A DNA stretch of 64,000 nt from NCBI GenBank assembly GCA_964016885.1, contig OZ024746.1, positions 16,678,001-16,742,000 of the forward strand, given 5' to 3'. Position 1 is the stretch's first letter. The number at the start of each line of letters is the position of its first letter. Of the stretch, positions 1-21,260 are shown piece by piece. The translations under genes and the position numbers were made by a program. The notes beneath the pieces are model-generated. The model worked only from the letters and a program-made list of their open reading frames with translations, did no database searches and was not told the DNA's origin. This stretch comes from Eledone cirrhosa (taxonomy: Eukaryota).

Positions 1-95
1 CTCACACCTATGTATATTCAGCTGACCTCCTACGAAGTTGCATCTCATAGGAGGTTTCTCTGCTGTTTTAATAATAGAGTCCCTAGTCCTATCAT
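1..95. repeat. Unclassified dispersed repeat
   Basis: Reverse-complement copies at about 41545-41625, 41690-41750, 41800-41872 and 52490-52575. Confidence 0.7.
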
Positions 96-624
96 AAAAT
101 GCAACGTGATCGAACCCACTACCATATGATTATGAGTCCAAGACTCCTCACCACTGGACCATCCGCTGTTACTGGAATGATAAAATTTAGTGCTTATTTC
201 ATGATACATTTCTTATATAAAACACGGGAGACATACAAGATTGAAAGCTGGTCAGGAAATATGACATTCTTATTGTGGCTTTTTGTTGTTTTGTTTCCCT
301 TTTTTTAAACACTCTTGGGATTTATACGTTTTGAATATTTAGAATTGGCAAATATTTTGTCAGGTTCTGTCAATAATATGTCTCACCACAAAGCCAGCAA
401 TTTGAGGGACGGGGAACGGAAAGTCGATTATATTAACCCCAGTACTTAACTTGTATTTATTTTATCGACCCCAGAAGGTTGAAAGGCAAATTGGAACTAG
501 GTAGGATTTGAACTCAGAACTAAATGCCGCAATTTATCCGACGCTCTAAGGTTTCTTTATTCTATTATTACAATAAACATTATAAATATAGGGGTTACAA
601 CATATGTGAGTCTGGATATAAAAA

Positions 625-817
625 CGAGGGTAGGATGTAAGTTCATAGGCTGACTCTGGGAAAATGGTGCTAGGGCTGTGAAATCTTGCATGCATTAATT
701 TCAACTCTTTTTATTAATAACTGCATTGTTTCCAGGAACCATGTTAAAAAATAAACCTCGTTTGGTCATTCCGTGAGAGTATCTTGATCAATCTACGAAC
801 TTTTCAGCCGACCCTTG
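625..817. mobile_element. mariner-type MITE
   Basis: Imperfect TIRs CGAGGGTAGGATGTAAGTTC / GAACTTTTCAGCCGACCCTTG followed by TA. Confidence 0.7.
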
Positions 818-1029
818 TACAATAGACAGATTAATTTGATAAAATGTGAGATAAGTGTAAACTTATTGTATAAGACACAAGCCACGAGGGCCGAAGGACG
901 TTCGGGAATGATTTGAGGGGGCAATGTAAGAATCATAGGAGGGGTAAAATGAAATTACCCTCAGATTACTCCTGGGGTTGAGGAGTAATTTGAAATCGAT
1001 TTCAAGTTAATGTCGGGTGAATGAAACAA

Positions 1030-1220
1030 GGGTAATCTAAAATCGTTACACCGGAAGAATTTAGACCGGAAACAACATAAATTATTCTTCGCAGCAGACA
1101 ACGTGGGAGTTAGCTACGTGGTCGGTGGATCGCTGTCTTGCTAGAAATAGCAGTTAAAACTCGTTGGTGACGTGGTTTTGAGGGTGTTCTTTCATTTTAA
1201 GTAGACATCAATCGCCGTAC
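1030..1220 (+). promoter_or_regulatory. Possible promoter / non-coding first exon of BLZF1
   Basis: Locally CpG-enriched, with two ETS-like sites (ACCGGAAG near 1050, ACCGGAAA near 1065) and TGACGTGG. The first coding exon starts at a splice acceptor, so an upstream exon is needed. No transcript evidence, and part of the region resembles a repeat. Confidence 0.3.
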
Positions 1221-1601
1221 ATAATAAAATGAAAATTAATGGTACTCGATTGGTCTGTATGTGTAGATTTAGAATGATTTATTTGTAAGAAATAAATATT
1301 CATTAAACTATTTGATAATAATTGAGGATAATTTAAAAGAAAATTATTTAAACTGATTTCAGGGTATCCACGAAACTCAGAATAGCAATGTTTATGTATA
1401 CATATATATATATATATATATATATGTGCGGGCGCGCGCGTCACATGAAAACCCACTTTATGCTAGATTTATCTGAGAAATGGTAATTTGCCTTCCTACC
1501 TCTCACATACATTGTTGACAAGATGGTCAGTGGTAAAACACTATATGTATCTTTCTCTATGTCAACGTATCGACATAGCTATATAATTATATACATATAG
1601 T

Positions 1602-1654
<53 letters not shown>

Positions 1655-1744
1655 GGCTGACTGAATCTTCTCAATCTATCTTTGTATTTCATCTTTTATT
1701 TCTCATTATATCATTGTGTGTATATATATATATATATATATAAT

Positions 1745-1775
<31 letters not shown>

Positions 1776-2654
1776 ATACACACACACATATATATATACA
1801 CACACACACACACACAATTGGTGTCTATATTTATTAATATTAATATTTTAAAGTAATATATATATTTATATATATATATATACATACATGCAGAGAAGTA
1901 ATAGGTAGATAGATAAATATTTGTGTGCGCATATGTGTATGTATGTATACGATGTTACCCATCTGCACGGTATCTGACTGACACTATATCCATTCATTCA
2001 CGCCACCTGTCAACTACCGTGTTAATAATCATAATTCATTATAGCGAGTATCTTTACTAGACTCTGGAAAAAAAAAAGAAAAAAAACCATTAACATCATT
2101 TTTGATATTACTCATTAATTATTTTGTCATCATAATTTCCACCACCATAGTTTTCTTGTAAAGAATATCTTCTTTTTTTGCCGAAACATAATTCTGTAAA
2201 TATAACTAAAACAACTATCCACACGTCACATAACATACTGTAAATATAACTGATACAACTATCCACACGACACCTAACATTCTGTAGCTACAACTATCCA
2301 CACGACATATATCATTTTATAGATACAACTAAAGTAACTATCTACACGGCGCTGTGGCTTCGCTTTGCTGTTTTTTACCTCCTCCTCCACATCACTGTTG
2401 GCAGTTTCTTCTCTATTAAGTAGTAATGTTTTGTGTGTTGTGTGGCAGTAAAACTTCCAACACGCTTAGCTGACTTTACCATTCTCTGTAAGTACTTTCA
2501 CTTCTTTTTAATATATAATATTATTGTATAATATATAAATATATAAGTTCTCAGTATATATTAGTTGAAAATATACATATTTTATTTACGTTATTTAGCT
2601 CTTACAAAAAATATCTTGTTTCCGTATAGAGGTAGCCACAAAGCTAGTGTTCTA

Positions 2655-3898
2655 TATGTATGTGTGTATATATATACACACACACAGATATATATATATA
2701 TGTATATATATATGTATGTGTATGTGTATATATATATATGTCAGTATATATATATGTATGTGTATATATATATGTATGTGTATGTGTATATATGTCAGTA
2801 TATATGTGTGTGTATATATATATATGTGTATATATATATGTGTATATATATATATGTGTATATATATATATGTGTATATATATATATGTGTATATATATA
2901 TATGTGTATATATATATGTGTATATATATATGTGTGTATGTGTATATATATATATGTGTGTATGTGTATATATATATATATGTGTGTATGTGTATATATA
3001 TATATGTGTGTATGTGTATATATATATATATGTGTGTATGTGTATATATATATGTGTGTATGTGTATATATATATATATGTGTATATATATATGTGTGTA
3101 TATATATATATGTGTATATATATATATGTGTATGTGTATATATATATATGTGTATGTGTGTATATATATATATGTGTGTATGTGTATATATATATATGTG
3201 TGTATGTGTATATATATATATGTGTGTATGTGTATATATATATGTGTGTATGTGTATATATATATATGTGTGTATGTGTATATATATATATGTGTATGTG
3301 TGTATATATATATATATGTGTGTATGTGTATATATATATATGTGTGTATGTGTATATATATATATGTGTGTATGTGTATATATATATATATGTGTGTATG
3401 TGTATATATAGATATGTGTGTATGTGTATATATAGATGTGTGTATGTGTATATATATGTGTGTGTATGTGTATATATATATATGTGTGTGTATGTGTATA
3501 TATATATATGTGTGTGTATGTGTATATATATATGTGTGTGTATGTGTATATATATATGTGTATGTGTATATATATATATGTGTGTATGTGTATATATATG
3601 TGTGTATGTGTATATATATATATGTGTGTATGTGTATATATATATGTGTATGTGTATATATATATGTGTGTATGTGTATATATATATGTGTATGTGTATA
3701 TATATATATGTGTGTATATATATATATATGTGTGTATGTGTATATATATATATATGTGTGTATATATATATATGTGTGTATATATATATATGTGTGTATA
3801 TATATATATATATGTGTGTATGTGTATATATATATATATGTGTGTATGTGTATATATATATGTGTGTGTATGTGTATATATATATATATGTGTGTGTA
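2655..3898. repeat. Compound (TA)n/(TG)n microsatellite array
   Basis: Direct reading; units such as TATATATATGTGTGTATGTG. Confidence 0.98.
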
Positions 3899-5516
3899 TA
3901 CTCTTTTACTCTTTTACCTGTTTCAGCCATCCGGCTGAGGCCATGCTGGGGCACCGCCCTTGTTGCTACACATTTTATCTCCAGCCTGTATAGGTTGGCC
4001 ACTGGTGTAGGAGGGAGTTTGTTGCTGCTGCCCTTAGGTTTCCCTCGTGTCTTGCTGTGGGCTCATCCGGGATCCTGGATAACAAGGTGTCGAGATGTTT
4101 CTTAAAGACATCCACCTCCACGTCATGCAAGTCTCGCAGATGCCTCGGCAGCCTGTTGAAGAGTTGAGGGCCCTTGAATCCCAGGCTATTGCAATACCTG
4201 CTCCTTATTCTAGATGTGGAAGATGGGACCTTTGGCACCACACAGTGACGTCCTGTTCGACGGTTGGTCCAGCTCCCAATGCCAAAGTTTGGTGCTAGTC
4301 CCTCCAGGATTTTCCACATGTAGATCACTGCGTATCTCTCCCGTCTTCGCTCCAAGGAGTAGAGGTTCAGTTCCTTCAGCCTCTCCCAGTAGCTTGTCTC
4401 CCTCATCTTGGCAATCCTCTTGGTGTAGCTTCGCTGGATTGCCTCAAGCTCTGTGGTTAGTTTGACACTATGGGGTGACCACAGCTGGGAGCAGTAGTCC
4501 AGGCGGCTTAGGACAAAAGTCCTCCACAGTGTCAACATGGTGTCTCGATCTCTTGTAAGGAAAGTCCTCAAGATCCAGCCAGCGAATCGTCTACATGCTG
4601 TCGCCACCTTCATGATGTGTGAAGAAAAAGATGCATCATCGCTCATGTCTATGCCCAGGTCTCGTATCGATTTTGACACGGGGATATCGGTCCCTCCTGC
4701 TCCTGTGTAGCTGTGTTCCGCTATATTTGTTTGTGTTTGCAGGTTTGTATTGTAGGGCTTGGAATTTGCCAGCATTAAACTGCATGTTGTTTTCTTCCGC
4801 CCATCTGTATATGGCATCCAGATCCTGCTGTAAGAGGGCAGCGTCAGCCGGGTTTTTGATTGCCTGTGCTACCTTAGTGTCATCAGCATAGCTAGTGAGG
4901 GATGTTGTTGCATGCACCACAGAGAGCATGTCCGAGAGAGCCACCAAAAACAGTAGTGGTCCCAGGACTGTCCCCTGAGGCACCCCACTTGTTATCGGTG
5001 TTTCCCTCGAGAGGGCCCCATTTGCTGCGACTGCCTGGCTTCTGTCCCTCAGGAAGCCATGCAGCCACTCACCTACTTTTCCAGTTATGCCGAGTCCGTG
5101 TAGTTTGTGACATATCATTCCGTGGTCGACCTTGTCAAAGGCCTTCGCAAAGTCAAGATATATCACGTCTACATGTGAGCTGTCTAGTAGCTGTCTCAGT
5201 ACCCAGTCGTAGTGATGTAGCAGCTGTGTAAGGCAGCTTCTTCCTGGGCGGAAGCCATGTTGCGTGCTAGTCAGGCGGTCATTTTCTTCGAGGAAAGTGA
5301 TTAGTTTCTTTCTGACGACTCGCTCCATGACCTTACTGATATGCGACGTCAGGGAGACTGGCCTATAGTTCTTGGCCTCCGCTCTACTACCTCCTTTATG
5401 GATAGGGCATATTGGGCCTTCTTTCAGCTCCCTGGGTAGTACACCGCTAGCCAAGGAGCTTCTGAAGAGCAGTGGAGTTGCTAAGGCCCGCTTACATATT
5501 TTTAGGAGAACTGCTG
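3899..5516 (-). mobile_element. 5'-truncated CR1/L2-group LINE (RT domain to 3' end), one frameshift
   Basis: ORF 4636-5454 has [40 protein letters not shown] and YADD. ORF 3975-4817 has IRDLG, SRLDYCSQLWSP and YSLERRRER. Frame switch near 4700-4740. 3' tail (GTAAAAGA)2, with microsatellite on both sides. Confidence 0.93.
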
Positions 5517-5814
5517 TATGTGTATATATATATATATGTGTGTGTATATATATATGTGTGTGTGTATATATATATATGTGTGTGTATATATATATATATA
5601 TGTGTGTGTATATATATATATATATGTGTGTGTATATATATATATGTGTGTGTATATATATATATATATATGTGTGTGTATATATATATATATATGTGTG
5701 TGTATATATATATATATGTGTGTGTATATATATATATATGTGTGTATATATATATATATATGTGTGTGTGTATATATATATATGTGTGTGTGTGTATATA
5801 TATATATATATGTG
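5517..5814. repeat. Compound (TA)n(TG)n microsatellite
   Basis: Direct reading. Confidence 0.98.
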
Positions 5815-6212
5815 TCATCATCATCATCATCACCGTTTTACGTCCGTTCTTCCACGCTAGCATGGGTTAGACGGGTTGTCCTGTTGTGGGCAGTGTCTGG
5901 TCGGCTGACCATGCCTTGCTCATACAGGAACTGATCTGGCTTGATTTCTACAGCTGGATGCCCTTCCTAACACCAACCTCATTTACAGTGAGTGCTGGGT
6001 GCTTTTTCGTGGCGCCTACACGTCCACTTTACAGTGTGGGCTGGGTGCTTTTTTGCCGTGGCACCTCCACGACCACCTTGCGGTGGGGGGGGGGGGGGGG
6101 GGGTGGCATATTGTTTATATGCTTCAGCATGTACCCATGGGAGGTCGGGTACCCTGTATTACTGCGTGACGCCAGAAGTCACGGTCGTGTGTCATTGACT
6201 TTGAGAGGTGTA
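5815..6212 (-). mobile_element. SINE-like repeat with an RTE-type 3' end and (GAT)n tail (representative copy)
   Basis: (CAT)n..CGTTTTACGTCCG..CCACGCTAGCATGGGTTAGACG and GGATGCCCTTCCTAAC. Related copies at about 25660-25855, 41040-41280, 43240-43560, 44370-44710, 48260-48535, 54640-54790 and 62630-63080. Confidence 0.7.
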
Positions 6213-6415
6213 GTGTGTATATATATATATATGTGTGTGTGTGTATATATATATATATGTGTGTGTGTGTATATATATATATATATGTGTGTGTGTGTAT
6301 ATATATATATATGTGTGTGTATATATATATGTGTGTATATATATATATGTGTGTATATATATATATATGTGTGTATATATATATATATGTGTGTGTGTAT
6401 ATATATATATATATG

Positions 6416-6446
<31 letters not shown>

Positions 6447-6555
6447 GTGTATATATATATATGTGTATATATATATATATGTGTGTATATATATATATGT
6501 GTATATATATATATATGTGTATATATATATATATGTGTATATATATATATATGTG

Positions 6556-6586
<31 letters not shown>

Positions 6587-7531
6587 GTGTATATATATAT
6601 ATATGTGTATATATATATATGTGTATATATATATATGTGTATATATATATATGTGTATATATATATATGTGTATATATATATATGTGTATATATATATAT
6701 ATGTGTATATATATATATATGTGTATATATATATATATATATATGTGTATATATATATATATGTGTATATATATATATATGTGTATATATATATGTGTAT
6801 ATATATATGTGTATATATATTTGTGTGTATATATATTTGTGTATATATATATATGTGTATATATATATGTGTATATATATTTGTGTATATATATATATGT
6901 GTATATATATATGTGTATATATATATGTGTATATATATTTATATATATATGTGTATATATATATATGTGTATATATATATATGTGTATATATATATATAT
7001 ATATGTGTATATATATATATGTGTATATATATATATGTGTATATATATATGTGTATATATATATATGTGTATATATATGTGTATATATATATATGTGTAT
7101 ATATATATATATGTGTATATATATATATATGTGTATATATATATATGTGTATATATATATATGTGTATATATATATATGTGTATATATAAATATGTGTAT
7201 ATATATATATGTGTATATATATATATGTGTATATATATATGTGTGTATATATATATATGTGTATATATATATGTGTATATATATATATGTGTATATATAT
7301 ATGTGTGTATATATATATGTGTGTATATATATATGTGTATATATATATGTGTATATATATATGTGTATATATATATATGTGTATATATATATATGTGTGT
7401 ATATATATATGTGTGTATATATATATGTGTATATATATATATATGTGTATATATATATATATGTGTATATATATATATATGTGTATATATATATATGTGT
7501 ATATATATATATGTGTATATATATATATGTG

Positions 7532-7563
<32 letters not shown>

Positions 7564-8767
7564 TGTGTATATATATATGTGTATATATATATGTGTATAT
7601 ATATATGTGTATATATATATGTGAATATATATATATGTGTATATATATATGTGTATATATATATATATGTGTGTGTGTATATATGTGTATATATATGTGT
7701 GTATGTGTATATATGTGTATGTGTGTATATATATATGTGTGTATGTGTATATATATGTGTGTATGTGTATATATATGTGTATGTGTATATATATGTGTGT
7801 TTGTGTATATATATATATGTGTATATATATATATATGTGTATGTGTATATATATATGTGTATGTGTATATATATATATATGTGTGTGTATATATATATAT
7901 ATGTGTATATATATGTATGTGTGTATGTGTATATATATGTATGTGTGTATATATATATGTATGTATGTGTGTATGTGTATATATATGTGTGTGTATGTGT
8001 ATATATATGTGTGTGTATGTGTATATATATGTGTGTGTATGTGTATATATATGTGTGTATGTGTATATATATGTGTGTATGTGTATATATATATATGTGT
8101 ATGTGTATATATATGTGTATGTGTATATATATATATGTGTGTGTGTATGTATATATATATGTGTGTATGTATATATATGTGTGTGTATGTATATATATAT
8201 ATGTGTGTATGTATATATATATATGTGTGTATGTATATATATATGTGTGTGTATGTATATATATATGTGTGTGTATGTATATATATATATATGTGTGTGT
8301 ATGTATATATATATATATGTCTGTGTATGTATATATATATATGTCTGTGTATGTATATATATATATATGTCTGTGTGTGTGTATATATATATATATATAT
8401 GTGTGTGTATGTATATATATATATATGTCTGTGTGTGTATATATATATATATGTGTGTGTATGTATATATATATATATGTCTGTGTGTGTATATATATAT
8501 ATGTCTGTGTGTGTGTATATATATATATGTCTGTGTGTGTATATATATATGTCTGTGTGTGTATATATATATATATGTCTGTGTGTGTATATATATATAT
8601 GTCTGTGTGTGTATATATATATATATGTGTGTGTGTATGTATATATATATATATGTCTGTGTATATATATATATGTCTGTGTATATATATATATATGTGT
8701 GTGTGTGTGTATATATATATGTGTGTATGTGTGTATATATATGTCTGTGTATGTGTGTATATATATA

Positions 8768-8798
<31 letters not shown>

Positions 8799-9009
8799 GT
8801 GTGTATGTGTATATATATATATATGTATGTGTGTATGTGTATATATATTTATATATATGTATGTGTGTATGTGTATATATATATATATGTATGTGTGTAT
8901 GTATATATATATATGTATGTGTGTATGTATATATATATATGTATGTGTGTATGTATATATATATATATGTATGTGTGTATGTATATATATATATATGTAT
9001 GTGTGTATG

Positions 9010-9044
<35 letters not shown>

Positions 9045-9359
9045 ATGTATATATATATATATGTATGTGTGTATATATATATATATGTATGTGTGTATGT
9101 GTATATATATATATATGTGTGTGTGTATGTATGTGTGTATGTACATATATATATGTATGTGTGTATGTACATATATATATATGTATGTGTGTATGTACAT
9201 ATATATATGTATGTGTGTATGTACATATATATATGTATGTGTGTATGTACATATATATATGTATGTGTGTATGTACATATATATATGTATGTGTGTATGT
9301 ATATATATATATATGTGTATGTGTGTATGTATATATATATATATGTGTATGTGTGTATG

Positions 9360-9390
<31 letters not shown>

Positions 9391-9456
9391 ATGTATATAT
9401 ATATGTGTATATATATGTATGTGTGTATGTATATATATATGTGTATATATATGTAT

Positions 9457-9490
<34 letters not shown>

Positions 9491-9647
9491 ATGTATATAT
9501 ATATGTGTATATATATGTATGTGTGTATGTATATATATATGTGTATATATATATATGTGTGTGTATGTATATATATATGTGTATATATATGTGTATATAT
9601 ATATATGTGTGTGTATGTATATATATATGTGTATATATATATATATA

Positions 9648-9680
<33 letters not shown>

Positions 9681-10417
9681 GTGTATATATATATATATAT
9701 ATATGTGTATATATATATATATATATATGTGTATATATATATATATATGTGTATATATATATATATATGTGTGTATATATATATATATATATGTGTATAT
9801 ATATATATATATGTGTATATATATATATATATGTGTATATGTATATATATATGTGTATATATATATATATATGTGTATATGTATATATATATGTGTATAT
9901 GTGTATATATATATGTGTATATGTATATATATATGTGTGTATATGTATATATATATGTGTATATATATATATATATGTGTGTGTGTGTATGTATATATAT
10001 ATATATATATGTGTGTATGTATATATATGTGTGTATGTATATATATGTGTATATGTATATATATATGTGTATATGTATATATATATGTGTATATGTATAT
10101 ATATATGTGTATATGTATATATATATGTGTATATGTATATATATATGTGTATATGTATATATATATATGTGTATATGTATATATATATATGTGTATATGT
10201 ATATATATATATGTATATATATATATGTATATATATATATGTGTATATATATATATATATGTGTATATATATATATATATATGTGTGTGCATGTATATAT
10301 ATGTGTATATGTATATATATATGTGTATATGTATATATATATGTGTATATGTATATATATATGCGTATATGTATATATATATATGTATATGTATATATAT
10401 ATATGTGTATATATATA
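6213..10417. repeat. 4.2-kb compound TA/TG microsatellite with locally amplified variants
   Basis: Direct reading; sub-domains with TCTG (about 8320-8750) and TACA (about 9140-9280) variants. Confidence 0.98.
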
Positions 10418-10445
10418 GAGAGAGAAAGAGATTTTTGTTTTTAAA

Positions 10446-10559
10446 ATCCACTGTCAATACACCAGAATTTTTTCATTCTGATTGAAAGCAAATTCCTTTT
10501 GCTTTGAAGAAACCACTGGTAAATGAAATAATTATCTTATGTTGTTTGTTACATAACTA
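10446..10559 (+). mobile_element. Family A hammerhead element, second copy, core lacking 3 nt (CUGA---)
   Basis: Colinear with the reverse complement of 22750-22870. Reads UUUCAUU CUGA UUGAAAGCAAA..UUUGCUUUGAA GAAA CCACUGG UA AAUGAAA. Confidence 0.8.
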
Positions 10560-14924
<4,365 letters not shown>

Positions 14925-15391
14925 TAAGAGTCAATGGCCATCCAAAATCACCGGGAGAGATGACCCCTTTAGCCTTAGTCAAGGCAGAATTCTAGGAGAA
15001 GGAAAACTCTGATATAACACCTGCAACCCTGATGGTATCCAATGATGTTGACTTGTTCTTCTTTTTGGTAAATATCATCTTGGTTAAGAGAGTGGGACTG
15101 GCTTTGTGCAGTGCCTTTGCTCACTATAAAAGCTTCACGGCACAGGCATTGCTTTATATCTGGAGATCTCTCTGCACTTGTCCTCACATGGGCCCAGCAC
15201 TATGTGTCAATAGTTGTCCTACCATGGGCCTAGCACTATGTGTCAATAATTGTCACAGGTGTAGTGTTTGTACCAGAGGTTTCAAGTCGCTGGCTGGACT
15301 AAAAAGTCACACTCGTTCAGCGCTTCGGTAGGGGTTATCCTACATGGATGTAAAGTAGTGGCCGTACTCGAAAACGAGTTGGCAGCCACCA
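14925..15391 (+). mobile_element. 5'-truncated copy of the same bipartite RTE element with an (ATGT)n tail
   Basis: Nearly identical to 19970-20408. Encodes [20 protein letters not shown]. Internal duplication of about 36 bp at 15187-15255. Confidence 0.75.
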
Positions 15392-15507
15392 TGTATGTAT
15401 ATATGTATGTATGTATGTATGTATATATGTATGTATGTATATATGTATATATGTATGTATGTATGTGTATGTATGTATGTATGTATGTATGTATGTATGT
15501 ATGTATG

Positions 15508-17445
15508 TTTTCTCTTTCTCTTAATTTTGAGTATATTTTTTGAAGGTGGCAAGGTTGTAAAAGAATAGAAATTGTCATCCCTTGAATCGCAAGAATGTTT
15601 TGCAAATTTTGAAGGTGCCAGCTATCGCAGCCATTTGTAGACTATGAATTAGGGAGCTGCGCTTTTTGTCCGCAAATCCAAGTTCAGTCATACTTTGGTC
15701 CAAGCGGGTTGGTATATAACCCGTAGCACCAATAATGATGGGTATGAAGCTAAAGGTGTATCTTGGATACTGGATTTGTAAACTCCTCATCAATGGTCCG
15801 TAGATGTCCTCCTTCTCCTGTATTTTTCTGACAACGTTTACATCAAGTGGGCAGCTGATCTCCACAACAGAACACGTTTTCAATGTGTGGTCCCAAACTA
15901 CAATATCAGGCCGGTTGTGCTTTAATTTGGTGGCAGTTTTTATTTTCAGGTTCCACCAGTATTCCTTAGTGCCATCTGTCTCAATATATTCTTCCTCGTT
16001 TGTTGTTGATTTTGTTTTCCGAAGTGCGTTCCAGATGGTTCTAGCTATCCCATCGTGTCTCATGGGGAGGTAGTAGCGAGATGACATTCTTTCGCAGCTG
16101 GCAACAATGTGGCTTACATCCTCGATCTTTGTTTTACATAGCCTACATTTATTGTCAGCTGCTGGCCCTCCTCTTTTGTGCAGCAGATATTTGGTAGGGA
16201 GTTCTTGTTCCTGTATTGCATAGAGATATCCCTCAAGGTGTGATGTCATAAACTTGTCGGAACTCCATGCCAGGCTTTTTGAGTGGTTTATCCCCTCTAT
16301 GGTCTGTGTTTTACGCCTCAAGTATCCATGCACAACTTTTTCTGTAAATTGGTCAATTTTTTTTTCTTGTTTGAACATTGAATAGGATCTTCCGATTTCT
16401 CTGGGTGAGAGATTTATATCGGGCTTTATTCCATATCTCTCCTCCAGATCAGTCGCTATTCTAATGATATTTCTTTTTTCATGGTCATAAACCTGGGCAA
16501 GATGGTTGCCAACCTTTTTCCTCTGTTGAAGGTGTTGCTTCAGTGTCACTATCCGGGTCTCATATGTTGTTAATATTGATTTTAGACCCCGGCCACCTTC
16601 CTTGCGTGAGAAGTATAGCCTATCCACATCACCATTGATGTTAAAGTTCCCAGTAACACTGAGAAGTTTTCGAGTTCTAACATCCATCTCACTTAGTTCT
16701 TGCAATGACCAGTTCAGTAGGCCAAATGTTGGCGTTAGAATTGGCACAGCATAAGTATTGTGGGCAATGTATTTGTTGTATGCTGACAGTTCTGATGACC
16801 ATATTTTCTTTACTCTTCTGAGGTATTCAGTTCTGGTTCTCTCCTTATTTATGGGTCCATCATATCTGACATTCTCATCCTGTCCAAGATATCTGTAGTT
16901 GTCACCTGACTGCAGAGGTTGTATTGTCAGGCCGTTCATCTCTAGATTTCTAGAGGAGGGCACAGCTCTTCCACGTTTTACTGCCAAATATGCACACTTG
17001 GACTCACCAAATTTCATTTTGATGTCGGTTGAAAATTGTGTAATGAGGTCCAATTGTTTCTTGATGTCATTGATATTTGGCCCATACAACTTCAGGTCAT
17101 CAACAAAGAAAAGATGGGAGATACTTCTGGTCCCACTTCTTTGTCGACCTTGTTTCCTGAGTAGGTAAGATAGTGGATTCAGTGAGAGAACGAAGAGTAG
17201 CACTGACAAGCTATCACCCTGAAAGATGCCCTTCTGGTAATGTATCTTATCAGTCTTAACCTGCTCCTTCTCACCTCTAAGGATCAAACTGGTGTACCAG
17301 TTCTTGGTCAGGCGTTCAACAGCAGCTACCAATGGTTGTGGGACTTTAGCTAACTGTAAAGCCTTAACAATCCACCCATGAGGTACACTATCAAATGCTT
17401 TTTGATAGTCCAGCCACACGACAGTCATGTTTCTGCGATTCTTTG
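15508..17445 (-). mobile_element. 5'-truncated R4/Dong-like non-LTR retrotransposon (RT, CCHC knuckle, restriction-like endonuclease); uninterrupted 617-aa ORF at 15575-17428
   Basis: [42 protein letters not shown]-x8-H-x4-C, RHD and NRPDIVV...VVEISCP. Short 3' UTR followed directly by (CATA)n. Confidence 0.92.
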
Positions 17446-17461
17446 TTGTTTTTTTTGTTGT

Positions 17462-19792
<2,331 letters not shown>

Positions 19793-20408
19793 CATTGTGT
19801 CAGGTCACCAGTTGGTGCTACTGGTAACATGTATCCCAGTACAACCTGTCTCATGGTCGGGTCGTTGGCGACTAAACTGGCAACCCCACCAAGGTTTCTT
19901 GGTGAGGAGGGTGATTTTGGACATCCTGCAGGACTAAAAACAAAACCTGTCAAAGGGCTAAGGAGCTCTTAAGAGTCAATGGCCATCCAAAATCACCGGG
20001 AGAGATGACCCCTTAGCCTTTGTCAAGGCAGAATTCTAGGAGAAGGAAAACTCTGATATAACACCTGCAACCCTGATGGTATCCAATGATGTTGACTTGT
20101 TCTTCTTTTTGGTAAATATCATCTTGGTTAAGAGAGTGGGACTGGCTTTGTGCAGTGCCTTTGCTCACTATAAAAGCTTCACGGCACAGGCATTGCTTTA
20201 TATCTGGAGATCTCTCTGCACTTGTCCTCACATGGTACCATGGGCCCAGCACTATGTGTCAATAATTGTCACAAGTGTAGTGTTTGTACCAGAGTTTTCA
20301 AGTCGCTGGCTGGACTAAAAAGTCACACTCGTTCAGCGCATTGGTAGGAGTTCTCCTACATGGATATAAAGTAGTGGCCGTACTCGAAAACGAGTTGGCA
20401 GCCACCAT
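19793..20408 (+). mobile_element. Bipartite non-autonomous RTE-derived element, longest copy (RTE-like 5' UTR fused to the 3' end)
   Basis: Contains CTAGGAGAAGGAAAACTCTGA, which I recognise from RTE 5' UTRs, a relic C2H2 finger from the RTE ORF end, and the 3' end CTCGAAAACGAGTTGGCAGCCACC followed by microsatellite. No RT. Confidence 0.72.
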
Positions 20409-20417
20409 ATATGTATG

Positions 20418-20452
<35 letters not shown>

Positions 20453-20459
20453 GTATATA

Positions 20460-20560
<101 letters not shown>

Positions 20561-20590
20561 GTATATATATATATATATGTATGTATATAT

Positions 20591-20738
20591 AACGAAGGAA
20601 ATGTGGTAAGGAACCAGGTGGACCATAACGCACCAAAGTACTCAATACTTAGGGTAGTAGAGTGGGTAATAGGAACAAGTAGGACCCCGACGGCTAATTC
20701 TGGACTAGTGTATGTATATATGTATGTATGTATGTATG

Positions 20739-20771
<33 letters not shown>

Positions 20772-21260
20772 ATATATATGTATGTATATATATGTGTGTG
20801 TATATATATATTGATGGGTTATCTCTCTCTCTATGATAATGAAATTATTGTGTACAGTGCTCAGGTGCACTACAACTCATCAAAGGTGCGCATGTATAGT
20901 ACATAGAATAATGTACAAATGTCAGGAAAATGAACAGTGTATGAGTCATGATATAATAATAATAATAATGAAATATTGTGCCCAGGTGCACCACAACTCA
21001 TCAAAAAAGTGCATGTACAGTACATATGGCAATGCACAAACATCAGTAAAATGAACAGTGCACGAGTCATGATACACACATGTGTGCATGTGTATGGAAG
21101 GGGTACATCAGGTGTAGTTTTGGCGTATTTCGGGAAGCATGAGTGTCTTAAAGCATATATATATAGGAACAAGTAGGACCCCGACGGCTGAGCTCAAGCC
21201 GTAAGTATTGAGTACTTTGGTGCGTTATGGTCTACTTGGTTCCTTACCACATTTCCTTTG

